Origin: a virus
Lineage: Duplodnaviria; Caudoviricetes
Reading direction: 5' to 3' (one strand)
Virus record (IMG/VR): IMGVR_UViG_2706796752_000001
Location: 32,001-96,000 of that record
Length of the DNA: 64,000 nucleotides
Part shown: one piece after another, positions 27,801-37,800 of the stretch
Layout: every line of letters begins with the position of its first letter
How positions within the stretch are numbered: position 1 is the stretch's first letter
Program-made: the position numbers and the translations under genes
The notes under the pieces: generated by a model
What the model saw: only the letters and a program-made list of their open reading frames with translations
What the model was told of the DNA's origin: nothing
Databases searched by the model: none

Positions 27801-27864
27801 TATTAAGATTCTACGTGTTGAGAATCCTAACAACGCAGGATGGGCGTTTATTTCTAACTACTAG
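21823..27864 (+). CDS. Central spike / tail fibre protein (2013 aa) with carbohydrate-binding-like modules
   Basis: N-terminal gp5-like OB region (VKVNYKYNTVDV, VLIGFIDG); coiled coils; RNLL...WVPAPED modules. Confidence 0.8.
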   Translation: MRNMVEFEPLETMRFQSQLGKEMKRKYKEGNNLVTLSLADVVKVNYKYNTVDVITVRENNSTAKNPNDNGKYSAMLPTHMSGRTANGNIYGSTTLVTVGTRVLIGFIDGQVDTPIVINIYGKTDDQQQLTRTDFTSADDSIESIQQELWNTFNLYPSMTYDNIDGRGNREVTFSGKTFLIATDRDQENMYVQDAHFDYMDLPHSRYANGELIEPESPDAPTMLFVHQSVYDNHRTTFFVKADGTFRLGSRHISGGGITYQELKPDGSYSIVKKNDTENPEEESSDLSSIEILKDGNVVLQNPKTKMEITDEGVMVNGKPIGSGGSGGGISPELENIIKQINNQFSLLKITMSEIEGGLETKVEKDTYFIDTAEIEAKIKDMKDGARKSKDNLQKSIEDLVKYIANEVNTNPITDANKLQITKLLDDIDNKKASLDAAAQVVLLDPFLTDEQKVAVKKWYDKLNSDHTALKTTVMVAIQDGNLTAQDKKDISTAAETYLNDLTSWLTEMDKAADASYEQRIVDAFENAVNYANKESLHQSAVITHLYNMVSIKVSSEQVTQQFIDLNTKIEKTQEETATALDDFQTQIDNTVKNLPYKVEVTSSNGLIFVNGGVNSTIAAKVTKGTEDVTSTVAVADFIWTRVSNNTAGDTAWNNAHKNVGRSFNINAADVIDRATFFCDYKNPPVATGSVTIANIQDITVGNVEPTNPREGALWYDRGTGIVWMWQQNKWVEINRFDVNIRNLLIGSRDYGAQNSNNPTDPNNSTPQGNISGAWVMSGDTTGTPPKTGVKPSPQNATNQDTWISYTQSQWGGVKYKSSKLASSGLLDVGDMVTYVCYVRTVGGTSPDKGVPIRLYVTDNRDGGTGTIGFEMKDKETDGKPVTGAPVSIRATQQWRMVWGTFPVTQLFLDTANDPNSTSKTVRVEPTSFTDVGAGGQLEIKSHMVVKGVIPSDWVPAPEDTKRDSDNTNWNMDALGNDNYLTRFERGLVKTKLADITGESLLGTQDMKTSAQLDADTWGKGQFYSLRKQARDIAVDPNQDAAYKSLTTTYDALRTYLRALKTGAGRNTVYPWDTTSDVIMDVKRTEWDKAWADYENAYASLTVVVQQKQKDYTDNRIEDVNSAIKNISKTGQHATTDLRVPTTSISAPITTIALPSFKGFTKNNLQVGGVNYAYGTANKVEVKGNGAASTNQTVKPYTIKQDGLDLINTGKFICGYYWSIAQDGNNPVQGSMYVQLGGAPWTQIAPAISFSPSNMSGVYLAERNIAQSNGSGITDLQLRLDNVVGTVTVTNFMLTTNTTLETVEYSTNPTEIRADGEYLYFNRNRAIAGVTMPTFYTAKNGTPDTARSSMTIQEVFHGNGSVYDDFHWTEDGTPTKSNKFTDMLLDTGFSLAIQNQNVQLPNENGVTERYIQVQLNNFASRPMANNGTVRLANGKGLELERLASGNFTKYNQFKVDFANANMSFLVSAKEMNVAPAYQVKGEEVLFFMRGWKMFQGEPVQKTTGGVVTYTFNTYSGSDNSAPNFTPIGYVQKDQAIMNKGVLASTGEYKRPVEVAAPIRTKQTGQQWQVVYQLALPYDSTCQFTGAIDLIGDPEKVSPTVVRYTYVDWTPPFNDKDGTFMYGINLATAQEDTRYLIPVLERRIANAEQKVETDSIKSVVFSSREYELGLQDKASVADVEAKADKSDLTDLATKDELKSSEEARKRELEEAMKNIDFTPYVQKSEIEQLDRQWTAAFYSSGGMNIVKNSIGFDRSMSAKLNKETFTFWDDMINPAYQQPVNIQTNALDALGFTSGFMFNESPNTNWTAIAQVLNVIPNQPYTISYFLQKMNAGDSNYRFNILIQQTTKDNPTSDADWATINGGQLADNSSIKHSGFMPSYFEFTPTNSKVRLVLIASPKCVAQISGIMVNIGKKPIKWTMSTGENYNTNVRMNLNGIRVSQVDKDGTEIGYTVITPERFAGYYIRDGKPEEIFRLDGDETWTKKLRAENEINMGPIKILRVENPNNAGWAFISNY

Positions 27865-27876
27865 GGAGGTTATTCA

Positions 27877-30510
27877 ATGGCAAGTGGTTCTTTTGTAATA
27901 GGTACAACGAACCCCTATGTAGAAGGTAGATGTTATTGGGATGCTTGGTCAGTCCCTGACCGAAACGTTAGTAAGATTAACGTTTCGGTATACTTCTATC
28001 GTACAAATAGTGGTTACACAACAAAAGGTACATTTACCTTTATGCTATACTCATCATTCGGTGAGCAAGCAAGAAATACACAGTACTTTACATTTACAAA
28101 CCCTAACGGAGGAATAGGTACACAGGTACTTAGTACATCATGGGAACAAGCTCATGATGCTAGTGGTAACTTAAGTTTCCGATTATCGGTAGGTAAGGAC
28201 TCGGATGTATTCTCCTTACACAATAATGGGGGCGACGTTGTAGCGGATAAGATAGCTCGAGAGAGTACTGTATCATCACAACCGTCTGCAACATTACCGA
28301 ACGATATCTGGATTGACTTGAATGTGAACAATAGTACATTTCGTCACACAGTTGAATTGTGGGCAAAGAATGCAAGCAACCAAGATGTGTTAATAGAAAC
28401 ACAGACAAATGTAGGTTCACGAGCGTATTACAGTGCTGTACCCGCTCTTCGACAGAAACTAGCACAAACGTTAGGTAATAGGAGTGAGATGGCACTTTGG
28501 GCAACCGCAGTAACATATGATGCCAACGGAAATCAGGTAGGCGGTAAGAAGTGGGGTCCAGAAGGAAGATATTATAGACCTAGCTTAGGATTCATAGCAT
28601 GTCCGGAGCTATTTGTCAATGAAACTATAAGAGCTAGGGTCGGCTCATATGACAGTAGACTTCAGTACAGAGTCCATGTATGTGTTCATATGAATTACAA
28701 TGGCGGAACAGGTTCGCCGCCTCCACCCGAACAAGCAAAGTTTAGAAAGATTCATACTAATGCTAGTGAGAATTTTGACATAACATTTACTCAAGCTGAA
28801 CAGGAAAAGATAGCGACAGACACCATGCCCGATAGAGTAGCTAGAATCGTAACGTATCAGGTTGACACGATGTGTGAAGGCGTTGTTCTCAATAGTAATA
28901 CTGTTATGCCAGCATTCTCTAATGGTAGTATTAACATCTCAAGAATGGCAGGAATCAACCCAGACTTTACAGGTATACCTACAATAGTAGATACTAATGC
29001 AAAAACAGTAGGAGTAACGAAAAATAGTGCGTACATCATTCAAGGACAATCTACCGTACAGGTACAAGTTCCAGCAGCAAGTAAAGCAGTAGCTAAATTC
29101 GGCGCTAGTATCGTTCGTTACGATGTGACAATAAATGGTGTAACATCATCATATCAGTTCCCTGCTACAGGTGACCTAATTGTAAACTATGGTATAGTTA
29201 ATGCAGCGGCAAATACAACATGTAACATCAACGCAGTAGACTCAAGAGGAATGTCAACACCGATAAATAGAATCATATCGATGATACCTTATGCTCCACC
29301 AACGGTATCCGCGACTGGTATGCGTAAGAATAATTTCGAAATATCTACAACGGTATCTGCTACAGGTGCGTATTCCCCCGTTCTAATAGGCGCAACGAAT
29401 ATGAACAAGATATCTAAGTATCAGTATCGTAGTAGAGTACTAGGTTCATCAACATGGGGTCCGCTTACCACTCTAGGTCAGTTAACGGCTAACAACGGAA
29501 CATACTCAGCCGTATTAGCTAACATCCAGTTTGACGTAGATAAAATCTATGAAATAGAGGTGACGATACAGGACGATGTTTCTACGACTGCCTCATTAGG
29601 TAAGTTCATACTGAACAAAGGTACTCCTATTGCCTTCATGGATGCTAAGACACAGTCACTAGGTGTCAACATGATTCCTGTTGCAGGTAATGGTGAGAAC
29701 AAGCTACAGGTAACTGGTGCAGCATACGTTAGTGATAACTTAAAGACACAAGTTATCTTGTTCCCGAAAACTGGTGCAGAGAACAATCCATCAGCAGCTA
29801 ACAACCAATATACTTCATTTCGGATAAAAGATGATAGAGTTATGATGAATGACAAAACTATCTTCTCTCAGGTAGGTAACTTTCCTGATATTCGATTAGG
29901 TGGTAAGTTCTACTCGTACAGCCCTTATGGTACGTACGATGACGAGTTTGGTAATATCAAGGCGCAAGATGCAGTACAACCTCAAAATACGTGGGGAGTA
30001 TTCCAGAAGTCATCTACAGGTCACAATGCTGCTATACTCATACCTTTACTAGCAGATGCTGACCCTAATATTACTACAATAACGCTCGGTGGGGTTAACT
30101 ACAAGATGAATAGAAATGCGTCTAACATGGCACCTAACGGCGCGATGGCATTTACTAACGCGTACAATGGCGGAAGAATGACTGCCTACTTTGAAAACAT
30201 ATTCTCAAACAACGCAGGTGCAAACCCATCTAGACCAGAGTATAAAGAACATGTAGAGTTACTTGACATCGATGCAACAAGTCTCATAAATAGCAACAAC
30301 GTTTACTCTTATGATTATAAAGATGAATATCGACAGCCTAACCATAATAAACTCAAAAAAGACATAGGTGTCCTTATAAACAAAACTCTTAGTCTCATGA
30401 CAAATGATGATGATACTGCAATCAAGGATTATGCTATGTCTAGTATTCTATGGAAAGGTCTGCAAGAAGCAAATGCACGTATTACAAAATTAGAGGAGGA
30501 AATAAAATGA
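27877..30510 (+). CDS. Minor tail / fibre protein with probable C-terminal intramolecular chaperone (S74-like)
   Basis: Beta-rich with IARES and YAPP motifs of DUF859-like proteins; C-terminal SRPEYKEHVE...LWKGLQE coiled coil. Confidence 0.7.
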   Translation: MASGSFVIGTTNPYVEGRCYWDAWSVPDRNVSKINVSVYFYRTNSGYTTKGTFTFMLYSSFGEQARNTQYFTFTNPNGGIGTQVLSTSWEQAHDASGNLSFRLSVGKDSDVFSLHNNGGDVVADKIARESTVSSQPSATLPNDIWIDLNVNNSTFRHTVELWAKNASNQDVLIETQTNVGSRAYYSAVPALRQKLAQTLGNRSEMALWATAVTYDANGNQVGGKKWGPEGRYYRPSLGFIACPELFVNETIRARVGSYDSRLQYRVHVCVHMNYNGGTGSPPPPEQAKFRKIHTNASENFDITFTQAEQEKIATDTMPDRVARIVTYQVDTMCEGVVLNSNTVMPAFSNGSINISRMAGINPDFTGIPTIVDTNAKTVGVTKNSAYIIQGQSTVQVQVPAASKAVAKFGASIVRYDVTINGVTSSYQFPATGDLIVNYGIVNAAANTTCNINAVDSRGMSTPINRIISMIPYAPPTVSATGMRKNNFEISTTVSATGAYSPVLIGATNMNKISKYQYRSRVLGSSTWGPLTTLGQLTANNGTYSAVLANIQFDVDKIYEIEVTIQDDVSTTASLGKFILNKGTPIAFMDAKTQSLGVNMIPVAGNGENKLQVTGAAYVSDNLKTQVILFPKTGAENNPSAANNQYTSFRIKDDRVMMNDKTIFSQVGNFPDIRLGGKFYSYSPYGTYDDEFGNIKAQDAVQPQNTWGVFQKSSTGHNAAILIPLLADADPNITTITLGGVNYKMNRNASNMAPNGAMAFTNAYNGGRMTAYFENIFSNNAGANPSRPEYKEHVELLDIDATSLINSNNVYSYDYKDEYRQPNHNKLKKDIGVLINKTLSLMTNDDDTAIKDYAMSSILWKGLQEANARITKLEEEIK

Positions 30511-30887
30511 CAGAATTAAAGAAATATTATGAGGTGCCGTTCGACTATAATAACAGAAAGTCTACAATTAAGGATGCGTGGGCGAAACTAACAGCAGATA
30601 TGTACGCTTACGATGGTACAGTTCTTTCACAATACAATGTGTATATGATGGAGGCTGGATTCCTCTAACGTTTTAATGGATGGTCATATGTGCCTACAGA
30701 TACACCTTATGTTAATATGTATCCAGTAGATACGATGGACCCGATAGACTTTGAGAAGAAGATATGGGTTATAATAAGAGCACAGCTTAAAAAGGTAGTT
30801 CTAGGTGAAATGAGATTCTACTTAACGACATATAAAGCTGACCCATATGAACTAACATCAGTACCACCAATAAGATACCCAAGATAA
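30507..30887 (+). pseudogene. Small tail accessory gene interrupted by in-frame TAA at 30666-30668
   Basis: ORFs 30507..30668 and 30690..30887 share a frame with one stop between them; second part has no SD. Confidence 0.6.
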
Positions 30888-30899
30888 GGAGTGATTTAT

Positions 30900-31565
30900 G
30901 TGAATTTTAATAGACCGTATGAAGAGCAGCTTTTGTACAATGGTTATGAAAGCTTGCCATACGAATTTAAGAATATGATTGTATCGGACCTAGCTAGCAA
31001 TTTTGGTATCACATTTAACGAGGTAACCATGGACATGATTCTACATGTTCACAAATCTCTTAAACTTGCAGAGACAAAAGAGATACATCGGACGGTGCTT
31101 GAGTCAGGATTCTTTCATCCAGCAACTTTTCGAATGTACGATATCACGATAAAGAAACAAGTTGACATGATTGGTATTCGTGTGTTAATGCAAACAACAG
31201 ATAAGAAATCCGTAGACTTGTTCACGGAGGACTCCGGTGTAGTAACTCACACAAGAGAAGAATTCATACAGTTATTCGAAATGATTATTTCATATAAGGA
31301 CGAGCTAGACACGAAGTTGATTAGAATGAACGAAGCTATCATGATGTCGAATTCTACAAAAGAGATTCTAGCGTTAGACTGGTATAAATTTACGACTAAT
31401 CCAAATGTAGAAGGAGATGGAGATAGTGCAGGAGAAGCAGATTCAAGTACAGGACAAGTATTACCTGATGGTGTTGGAAGCGAAGGTACAGGAACTAACG
31501 AAGGAGAACCTAGTGGCACAGGCTCTGGTGAGACAGCTGGTGGAGGAGAACCAAAACCTGATTGA
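30900..31565 (+). CDS. Tail-fibre assembly-type protein (DUF4376-like) with G/S/E/T-rich C-terminal extension
   Basis: GTG after AAGGAG; HTREEFIQL and EILALDW motifs. Confidence 0.55.
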   Translation: MNFNRPYEEQLLYNGYESLPYEFKNMIVSDLASNFGITFNEVTMDMILHVHKSLKLAETKEIHRTVLESGFFHPATFRMYDITIKKQVDMIGIRVLMQTTDKKSVDLFTEDSGVVTHTREEFIQLFEMIISYKDELDTKLIRMNEAIMMSNSTKEILALDWYKFTTNPNVEGDGDSAGEADSSTGQVLPDGVGSEGTGTNEGEPSGTGSGETAGGGEPKPD

Positions 31566-31635
31566 GATGTATAACGCTTTACAGAATACGGCAGAGACAA
31601 CTGATGAATCTGAGGGAGAGAAGGAGGGCAAATAG
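31426..31635 (+). CDS. Small coiled-coil protein overlapping the upstream ORF
   Basis: GTG 9 nt after AAGGAG; heptad pattern; followed by terminator. Confidence 0.65.
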   Translation: MQEKQIQVQDKYYLMVLEAKVQELTKENLVAQALVRQLVEENQNLIEMYNALQNTAETTDESEGEKEGK

Positions 31636-31648
31636 CCTCCTTCTTTTT
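31619..31648 (+). terminator. Terminator, followed by late motif TGCTATATTA (31656-31665)
   Basis: AGAAGGAGG/CCTCCTTCT stem plus T tract. Confidence 0.85.
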
Positions 31649-31689
31649 CTTTATCTGCTATATTACAAACGAGAAAGGGAGGAAACTAA

Positions 31690-32466
31690 ATGACTATTGC
31701 TAATGGTAAATCTAGACTACAGCGTATCGCCTTTGAAGTGGGCGGTCGAACATTCCGATTCGCACTAAACCCTGAGTCGATGGAAGAAGCGAGACCACAT
31801 AGAACGACAGCATTAAAAACAAAGAGTCGTATTATTGTAGAGGACTTCCAAGATGACATCCCTACATTAACAATCTCCGGTACGACAGGATTCAATCCTA
31901 CAGGTCAAGCATCCGATAGAGGTGTTAACAAGATTAAAGAGATGAAGAATTTCATTGCAGACTTCTCAGCTACTGGAGGTAATGGTAAGCTATCAAAAAA
32001 CGAATTCTTCTTTCATAACTTTACGAATGATGAAAGTCACGTCGTAACACTAGCACCGGAAGGTATTACCATTTCACAGGATGCACAGTCACCATTACTA
32101 TATCGATATAGTATGAAGTTCATAATCATACGAGCATCATCAGAACCAGCAGATGCTGATGTAGTAAATCCAGAGATTGGTAATAAATTCCCAACACTAC
32201 CCGACTCCGGTAACTATCGACCATCTCCTAACTACCCCAAACTACCTACACCTTTCCCTAATGGAGAGACAAGTGTCCCTATCCCAACTAGACCGTCTGG
32301 TGATGGCTCTGTAGGAGATGACGTATATAATAAAGGTAACGGAGGAAGTTACAATCCAAAGAACGATAATGCAACAGTAAACCCGCAGATATCAAACGGT
32401 GGTGCGTATAACTATGGTACGACTGGACTTGGATACAGTATAGGGTATTACGGAAGGTGGAGTTAA
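31690..32466 (+). CDS. Baseplate / tube-initiator-type protein
   Basis: FALNPES and ISGTTGF motifs; first gene of the baseplate operon. Confidence 0.65.
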   Translation: MTIANGKSRLQRIAFEVGGRTFRFALNPESMEEARPHRTTALKTKSRIIVEDFQDDIPTLTISGTTGFNPTGQASDRGVNKIKEMKNFIADFSATGGNGKLSKNEFFFHNFTNDESHVVTLAPEGITISQDAQSPLLYRYSMKFIIIRASSEPADADVVNPEIGNKFPTLPDSGNYRPSPNYPKLPTPFPNGETSVPIPTRPSGDGSVGDDVYNKGNGGSYNPKNDNATVNPQISNGGAYNYGTTGLGYSIGYYGRWS

Positions 32467-32467
32467 T

Positions 32468-33001
32468 ATGAAAGAGGTACAATCTAAACCGGATGTGCTA
32501 GTCACATTTTGTTCCGGAGTCTATCCGATGGAAAACGGTGTGATTCCATTCAACACAATGAACGATGCGCCAATGTTTAAATCTGAGTTGTACACGCCTA
32601 CATTCGCGTTATCAGCTGTAGCAATGCTAGTACTGAAGAAGATTAGAGCTGAACAAATAGCAACGAATACGTTAGATGTGGATGAGAAGACAGTAGTAGC
32701 ATTAACTAGGAGTTCCGATTTAGCTAGCACGAACTCTAAGATGTATACGCTAATCGTATCAACTGTGTTAGAAGCTTTTGCTATCCTTTACACACTAGAG
32801 AGTGAATCTTCTGATATTTCATACTTGACACGAAAAGATTTTATGCGAGTTAGAGAGAATGTAAACTACATCACAGACTATCTATCTACTGAACGTAAGT
32901 ATCGCCACATGATTGAGGCATTTAGAGGATTTGAACTATCGTTTGGTTATATGGAGAATCAAGTAGAATCAATGACAACATTCGGATTGGAGGTGCGATA
33001 A
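32468..33001 (+). CDS. Baseplate-region structural protein
   Basis: 177-aa ORF in tight operon. Confidence 0.65.
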   Translation: MKEVQSKPDVLVTFCSGVYPMENGVIPFNTMNDAPMFKSELYTPTFALSAVAMLVLKKIRAEQIATNTLDVDEKTVVALTRSSDLASTNSKMYTLIVSTVLEAFAILYTLESESSDISYLTRKDFMRVRENVNYITDYLSTERKYRHMIEAFRGFELSFGYMENQVESMTTFGLEVR

Positions 33002-33754
33002 TTGGCACAGTATATCGAAAAGATAATTGCAAGCGGTGATACTCTACAATCTATCGCACAACACAAACTAGGTGATGCACAAAGATGGAGAGAGCTAGCC
33101 GAATTTAATAAACTCAGATATCCGTACATAGTAAATACGGTGGCTGAGAAAATGAAGAATCCAGAACATTTACTAACTGTAGGTGACACATTAACATTTG
33201 CAGTTAATGATGAAAACAGAGCTACAGTATTAACATCTATGAGATACAGCGATAAATTTAACGCAACTAACATTTACGATATCACATTAGGTATGGACAT
33301 CGATGTTTTACCAGCACTAGATGATAACGGGGCTGCTGGGTTTGACGGGGAGATATTAGGGTTTAACGGAAATGGATGGGACGTAAGTCATCCTGCTAGT
33401 ACAAGCTACAAGAAAGACTTAAAGATTTGTAGAGGTATTGAGAATCTAAAACAATCTTTACTAATACGATTATTGACACCTAAGGGTAGCTATCTAAATC
33501 ACCCTAACTATGGTTCCGTGTTAGCAGATATCATGGGGAGTAAAAAAACCGAAGAAGTTGCATTGCGTGCGGTTAATGAGATAGAACGTTGTATTCGTAC
33601 TGATGGAAGGGTAAAGCATGTAGAGCGAGGTGCTAACAGTTTTGATAGTAACACACTTACAGTAGAAATGTCAATATACACAATTACGACAGAGGAAGCT
33701 TTTACCTTCGCCGTAAGTGCTAACACTAGTGGTATCATATCACTATTAAACTAG
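33002..33754 (+). CDS. Baseplate wedge protein (LysM-like plus gp25-like)
   Basis: GDTLQSIAQ..LGD..WRELAEFN; GIENLKQSL..LLTPKGS..HPNYGS. Confidence 0.85.
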   Translation: MAQYIEKIIASGDTLQSIAQHKLGDAQRWRELAEFNKLRYPYIVNTVAEKMKNPEHLLTVGDTLTFAVNDENRATVLTSMRYSDKFNATNIYDITLGMDIDVLPALDDNGAAGFDGEILGFNGNGWDVSHPASTSYKKDLKICRGIENLKQSLLIRLLTPKGSYLNHPNYGSVLADIMGSKKTEEVALRAVNEIERCIRTDGRVKHVERGANSFDSNTLTVEMSIYTITTEEAFTFAVSANTSGIISLLN

Positions 33755-33763
33755 GAGGTCAAC

Positions 33764-34810
33764 ATGAAATTTAAAAGTATGAGTCAAATTTATAGAAAGA
33801 TGGTCGACAAGACTTTAACATCTACCGATAAGATAAATGACTTCTCAGTCGGTTCTGCAATTAGAGCTATCTACGAAGCCGTTGCAACGGAGTTAGAGGC
33901 GTTCTATGTAATGACAGAGGAGAATCTATTAGAAGCTATCTCTAAGGGCGTATACAGCTCTTTCGGGTTCGAACGTAAGCTACCACAGAAAGCATACACG
34001 CCGATTACGATTACCCTTAACAACCCGACACAAGTAATCCAGCCGATACCTCGAGGTACAAGATTCACATCTAGTTATCCAGAGTATGCAAATATATATG
34101 AGACTCTAGAAGACTACTACATTCCTCAAGGAGCTGTTACAGCTGTCGTGCAAGTATTCTGCACACAATCCGGAACAATCGGTAACGTACCAGCTAATGC
34201 GATTGATATCATGGTTACACCTATCACGAATATAAAATCGTCTACGAATAAATCAGCAGTACAGACTGGTCAAGATGAGGAGCCATTAGAACTACTACGT
34301 TCTCGTTTCCGTCAATATATTGAGTCATTAAGTAAAGCTACGAAACCAGCGTTAGAGTACGGAACACGATTAGTACCAGCAGTATCTGGAGTGTACATCG
34401 AAGAGTTAACAGGTAAGGTTAACGTATACGCGCATGATAACAATGGTGACCTTCCCGATAACGTTAAGATAGCTATTGAAAAATCTCTAGAAAACTATCG
34501 AGCAGCAGGTATTCGAGTAGATGTAAAACCTGTAACACGATTAGCCGTAGATGTTGATGTGGACGTAATCATCGAACCAAAAGCAGCTATCACTGACGCT
34601 CTAAATACCCGTATCAGATTCGCTATTGAAAACTATCTAAATGGTATGCAGGTGTCCCAAGACCTTATCATGACAGACTTATCTTGTATAATTAAAGATG
34701 TAGATAAAAGATTAGTTTACGATATCATATACAAGAAGCCACCTTCCAATCTATTAACAAAAGGTAGCGAGATAATCCGAGCAGGTACAGTCAAAGTAAA
34801 CTTAAAATAG
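33764..34810 (+). CDS. Baseplate J-like protein
   Basis: DFSVGSAIR, GTIGNVPANAI, GQDEEP..LRSRF motifs. Confidence 0.9.
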   Translation: MKFKSMSQIYRKMVDKTLTSTDKINDFSVGSAIRAIYEAVATELEAFYVMTEENLLEAISKGVYSSFGFERKLPQKAYTPITITLNNPTQVIQPIPRGTRFTSSYPEYANIYETLEDYYIPQGAVTAVVQVFCTQSGTIGNVPANAIDIMVTPITNIKSSTNKSAVQTGQDEEPLELLRSRFRQYIESLSKATKPALEYGTRLVPAVSGVYIEELTGKVNVYAHDNNGDLPDNVKIAIEKSLENYRAAGIRVDVKPVTRLAVDVDVDVIIEPKAAITDALNTRIRFAIENYLNGMQVSQDLIMTDLSCIIKDVDKRLVYDIIYKKPPSNLLTKGSEIIRAGTVKVNLK

Positions 34811-34820
34811 GAGGGCATAT

Positions 34821-37800
34821 ATGAGTTTTATTAAATATTTACATCCACTTTGGAAATCAATGTTAGGTAAAGTTAACGACAGCCACACAGCTGTCGTTAC
34901 TTCTATAGAGGACGCTTTTACAGATGCAGAGAAAGACGCTATGTCATTAATCACAGACGCGAACCTAGAAACTGCTACAGGGGAATGGTTAGATGAGTAC
35001 GGAGATATCTTCGGTGTGTTCCGTAAGGACAATGAAGTAGACGAGGATTATCGCCGCCGTATCATCAACTGGATTCTAACAGAGCGCGGAACAATCGGCT
35101 CAATTAAAGATGCTATCGAGAAATGGTTAGATGACCCAGAAGCAGATGTGGAAATCTATGAACCATTCAAGAACGTATTCTTTTTAAACAAGTCGAAGTT
35201 AAATGGTCCTGACCACTTACTAGGTCGTTACTACACATCCGCTGTTATCGATGTGCGATTCACTAAGCACGTACCAATTGAAATCATCGATGAAATTCGT
35301 AAGTTTAAAGCAGCAGGTATTACAGCTAAGCTAACGCGAATCCCTAACCGTAAACGTTCCGACTATTCAATTCAAGAAGCTAAGATTCTTAGAAGCCGCA
35401 ACTACGCTACGAAATCAAACATCTGGTTAGAGATGTGGAGACCAGCGGGTATTGGTATGGTACCATCTTCGTCAGAGAAGACAACGTTAATGAACCCAAG
35501 AAACGTGTTTACGAATACTAATACGTTACAAAGTACTACAACTGCATTCCCTGCTGATGTTGCTACTAAAACTATCTCTCGTACACATTCTAGTTTAACA
35601 GCTAACCCTGCATCTGAGCAGATTGAGTTACCTGTAGAAACTGCTAAGCTAATTAACAAGCGTCGTATTAAAATGCGACTTAACCTTATGAAAGACATTA
35701 CACAGATAAAAACTGACGGGGATGGTAGTACGCAATACTGGATTGGCATGGAACTTCGAGTTAAGTATACAACAGGAGTTGACATGTGGTACCAGTGTCG
35801 TGAGTTACCTACTAATAGTCCTAAATACGGTGTAGGTAAAATCGACCCGATTCCAGACTTTAATTACTCGGACGTAGTCCTAGAGTCTGATTACACCATT
35901 GACCCTAATAGAACTGTAGATAAGGTTTGGATTAACTTTATTACACGAGGTCTTATTGGGACAGTAACACTAAAAGGAGCTAGATTAGACGTATATGATG
36001 AGGTTCCAACTGCGTTAAATGCCAATAACTTTACAAACCTTCCAGCTCAATCAGTAAGTTACCCATTATCTGGTGTACCTGTTACAGACATTATAGGAGG
36101 TACTAATTTACTTGTACCTAAGTCACCTATCTCATATACCGTTACGGGTCTTGCTAACCAGACGACAGTAGCGACTACTTTCGTTGCAGGTTCATCAGCA
36201 GATGCAGACGACAACACGGTAACTATAGCATATGATTACGAGTTTATACCTAAAGACCCGAATGCTGAAATAGATTCAAGAGCGTCGATTAGACTTCAAG
36301 GAACTAACCCGTATCCATTATTCTCTAGTACAGCTATTAGCAAGAATAACCTAAAAGGTAGAGTTACAAAGAAAATCTATCTACCTCTTTCTTACGTACC
36401 TTTTAATGGTATTGGTGTTCGTTCTGACTACTTGGATGGGACAGTAACAATTACTAACTTGAAGGTAGTTAAGGGTGATTATTGGGCGCTAAATAATGCA
36501 GACTGGTATAAGCAGCCAGATTTAGATAAGTTAAAGACAGCAGATGGTGTAGAGTTAATCACACCTTCTAGTAGTACACTTTTATCTTTCCCGTCACAAA
36601 TCATGCAATTTGATATTTTCAAAGTGTTCACGGATAGATATGGTTCTAACTTCTTTAACAACAAACCTACTGTAAAAGAAAAGCAAGAGTATATTCGTGG
36701 TTTTATCCGAAACCTAAGAGTATCAGTAAAGATATCATCTACAGCAAATGAGAGTAACCGCATGTACTTTAGTTCACGTAGGTGGGACGCTTTAAGTAAT
36801 GATTGGGACCAGAAAGATACGATTATCATTTCTTCTCAGACAGGATTGATAAATGATGCAATTGTGTTAACTCCAGATAACGTAGAAAAATACATTTGTC
36901 AAGATGGGTATGTGTATATCGCAGTAACAGGTGTTCCACACACAGCTACAGATGTAAAAACAGAGTTGAAGACAGACCTATTCACGACACGTGTTGAGTT
37001 CAAAAGAGGTACAACAATATTCACTACATCTGGATTCGCTACTACACCTACTCCTGATGATGTATCTTGGAATCCGCTACCTTCTTCCGATTATGATAAG
37101 TTGCAGACTAACAGTGACACGACTTACATCTCTGTTGAGCAAGATGTAACCAAGCCAACACAGTCACCGTTTATCATGGCATCGTACTACCTTCCGGACG
37201 TTATCGAAAAGTCGATAGGTGCACATATCTTTAGAGGTGTAGATGACCACCAAGGTCGAGTACAGATATCGAAGAACCTTCTATCTGATTTAGCCTTTAG
37301 AATGATTGCCCGTGGTGTACTAACTACAGGCGGCACTACTTCTTCCGGATTTGAGATGTCGTATTATAACGTAGGACAAAAGAGATGGGTTCCACTGAAG
37401 ACAATGAATACAGATAACACGCTAAACTTTGTCAACGCTGATTACAGAATAGACGTTCCGGTAGAATGGAGAAACTCTATTGTCGACGAGAATGGTTATA
37501 TCAATCTAGCATTACGCGGACGTAACACCGACGCAACTACAACAAGAGCTGCAATCGAGTTAACGTACAGTGAACTACGTGTTGGTCTATCTTTACCTAA
37601 TCCAAGTTCGGTACCAAAAGGCGAGAACAGAAACTTACTGTTATGGACAAAAGATTGGGGTAAAGCATATGGTGCAGCAGAACCTAATAAAGGACTAAAC
37701 ATATGGCAGAGTAACTCTACGGTTATTACTAACGAAACTTACAATGGTGGGTTAATAGCCGAGACTAGTGTTAACTGGGGGTCATTACGATACAAGACAT

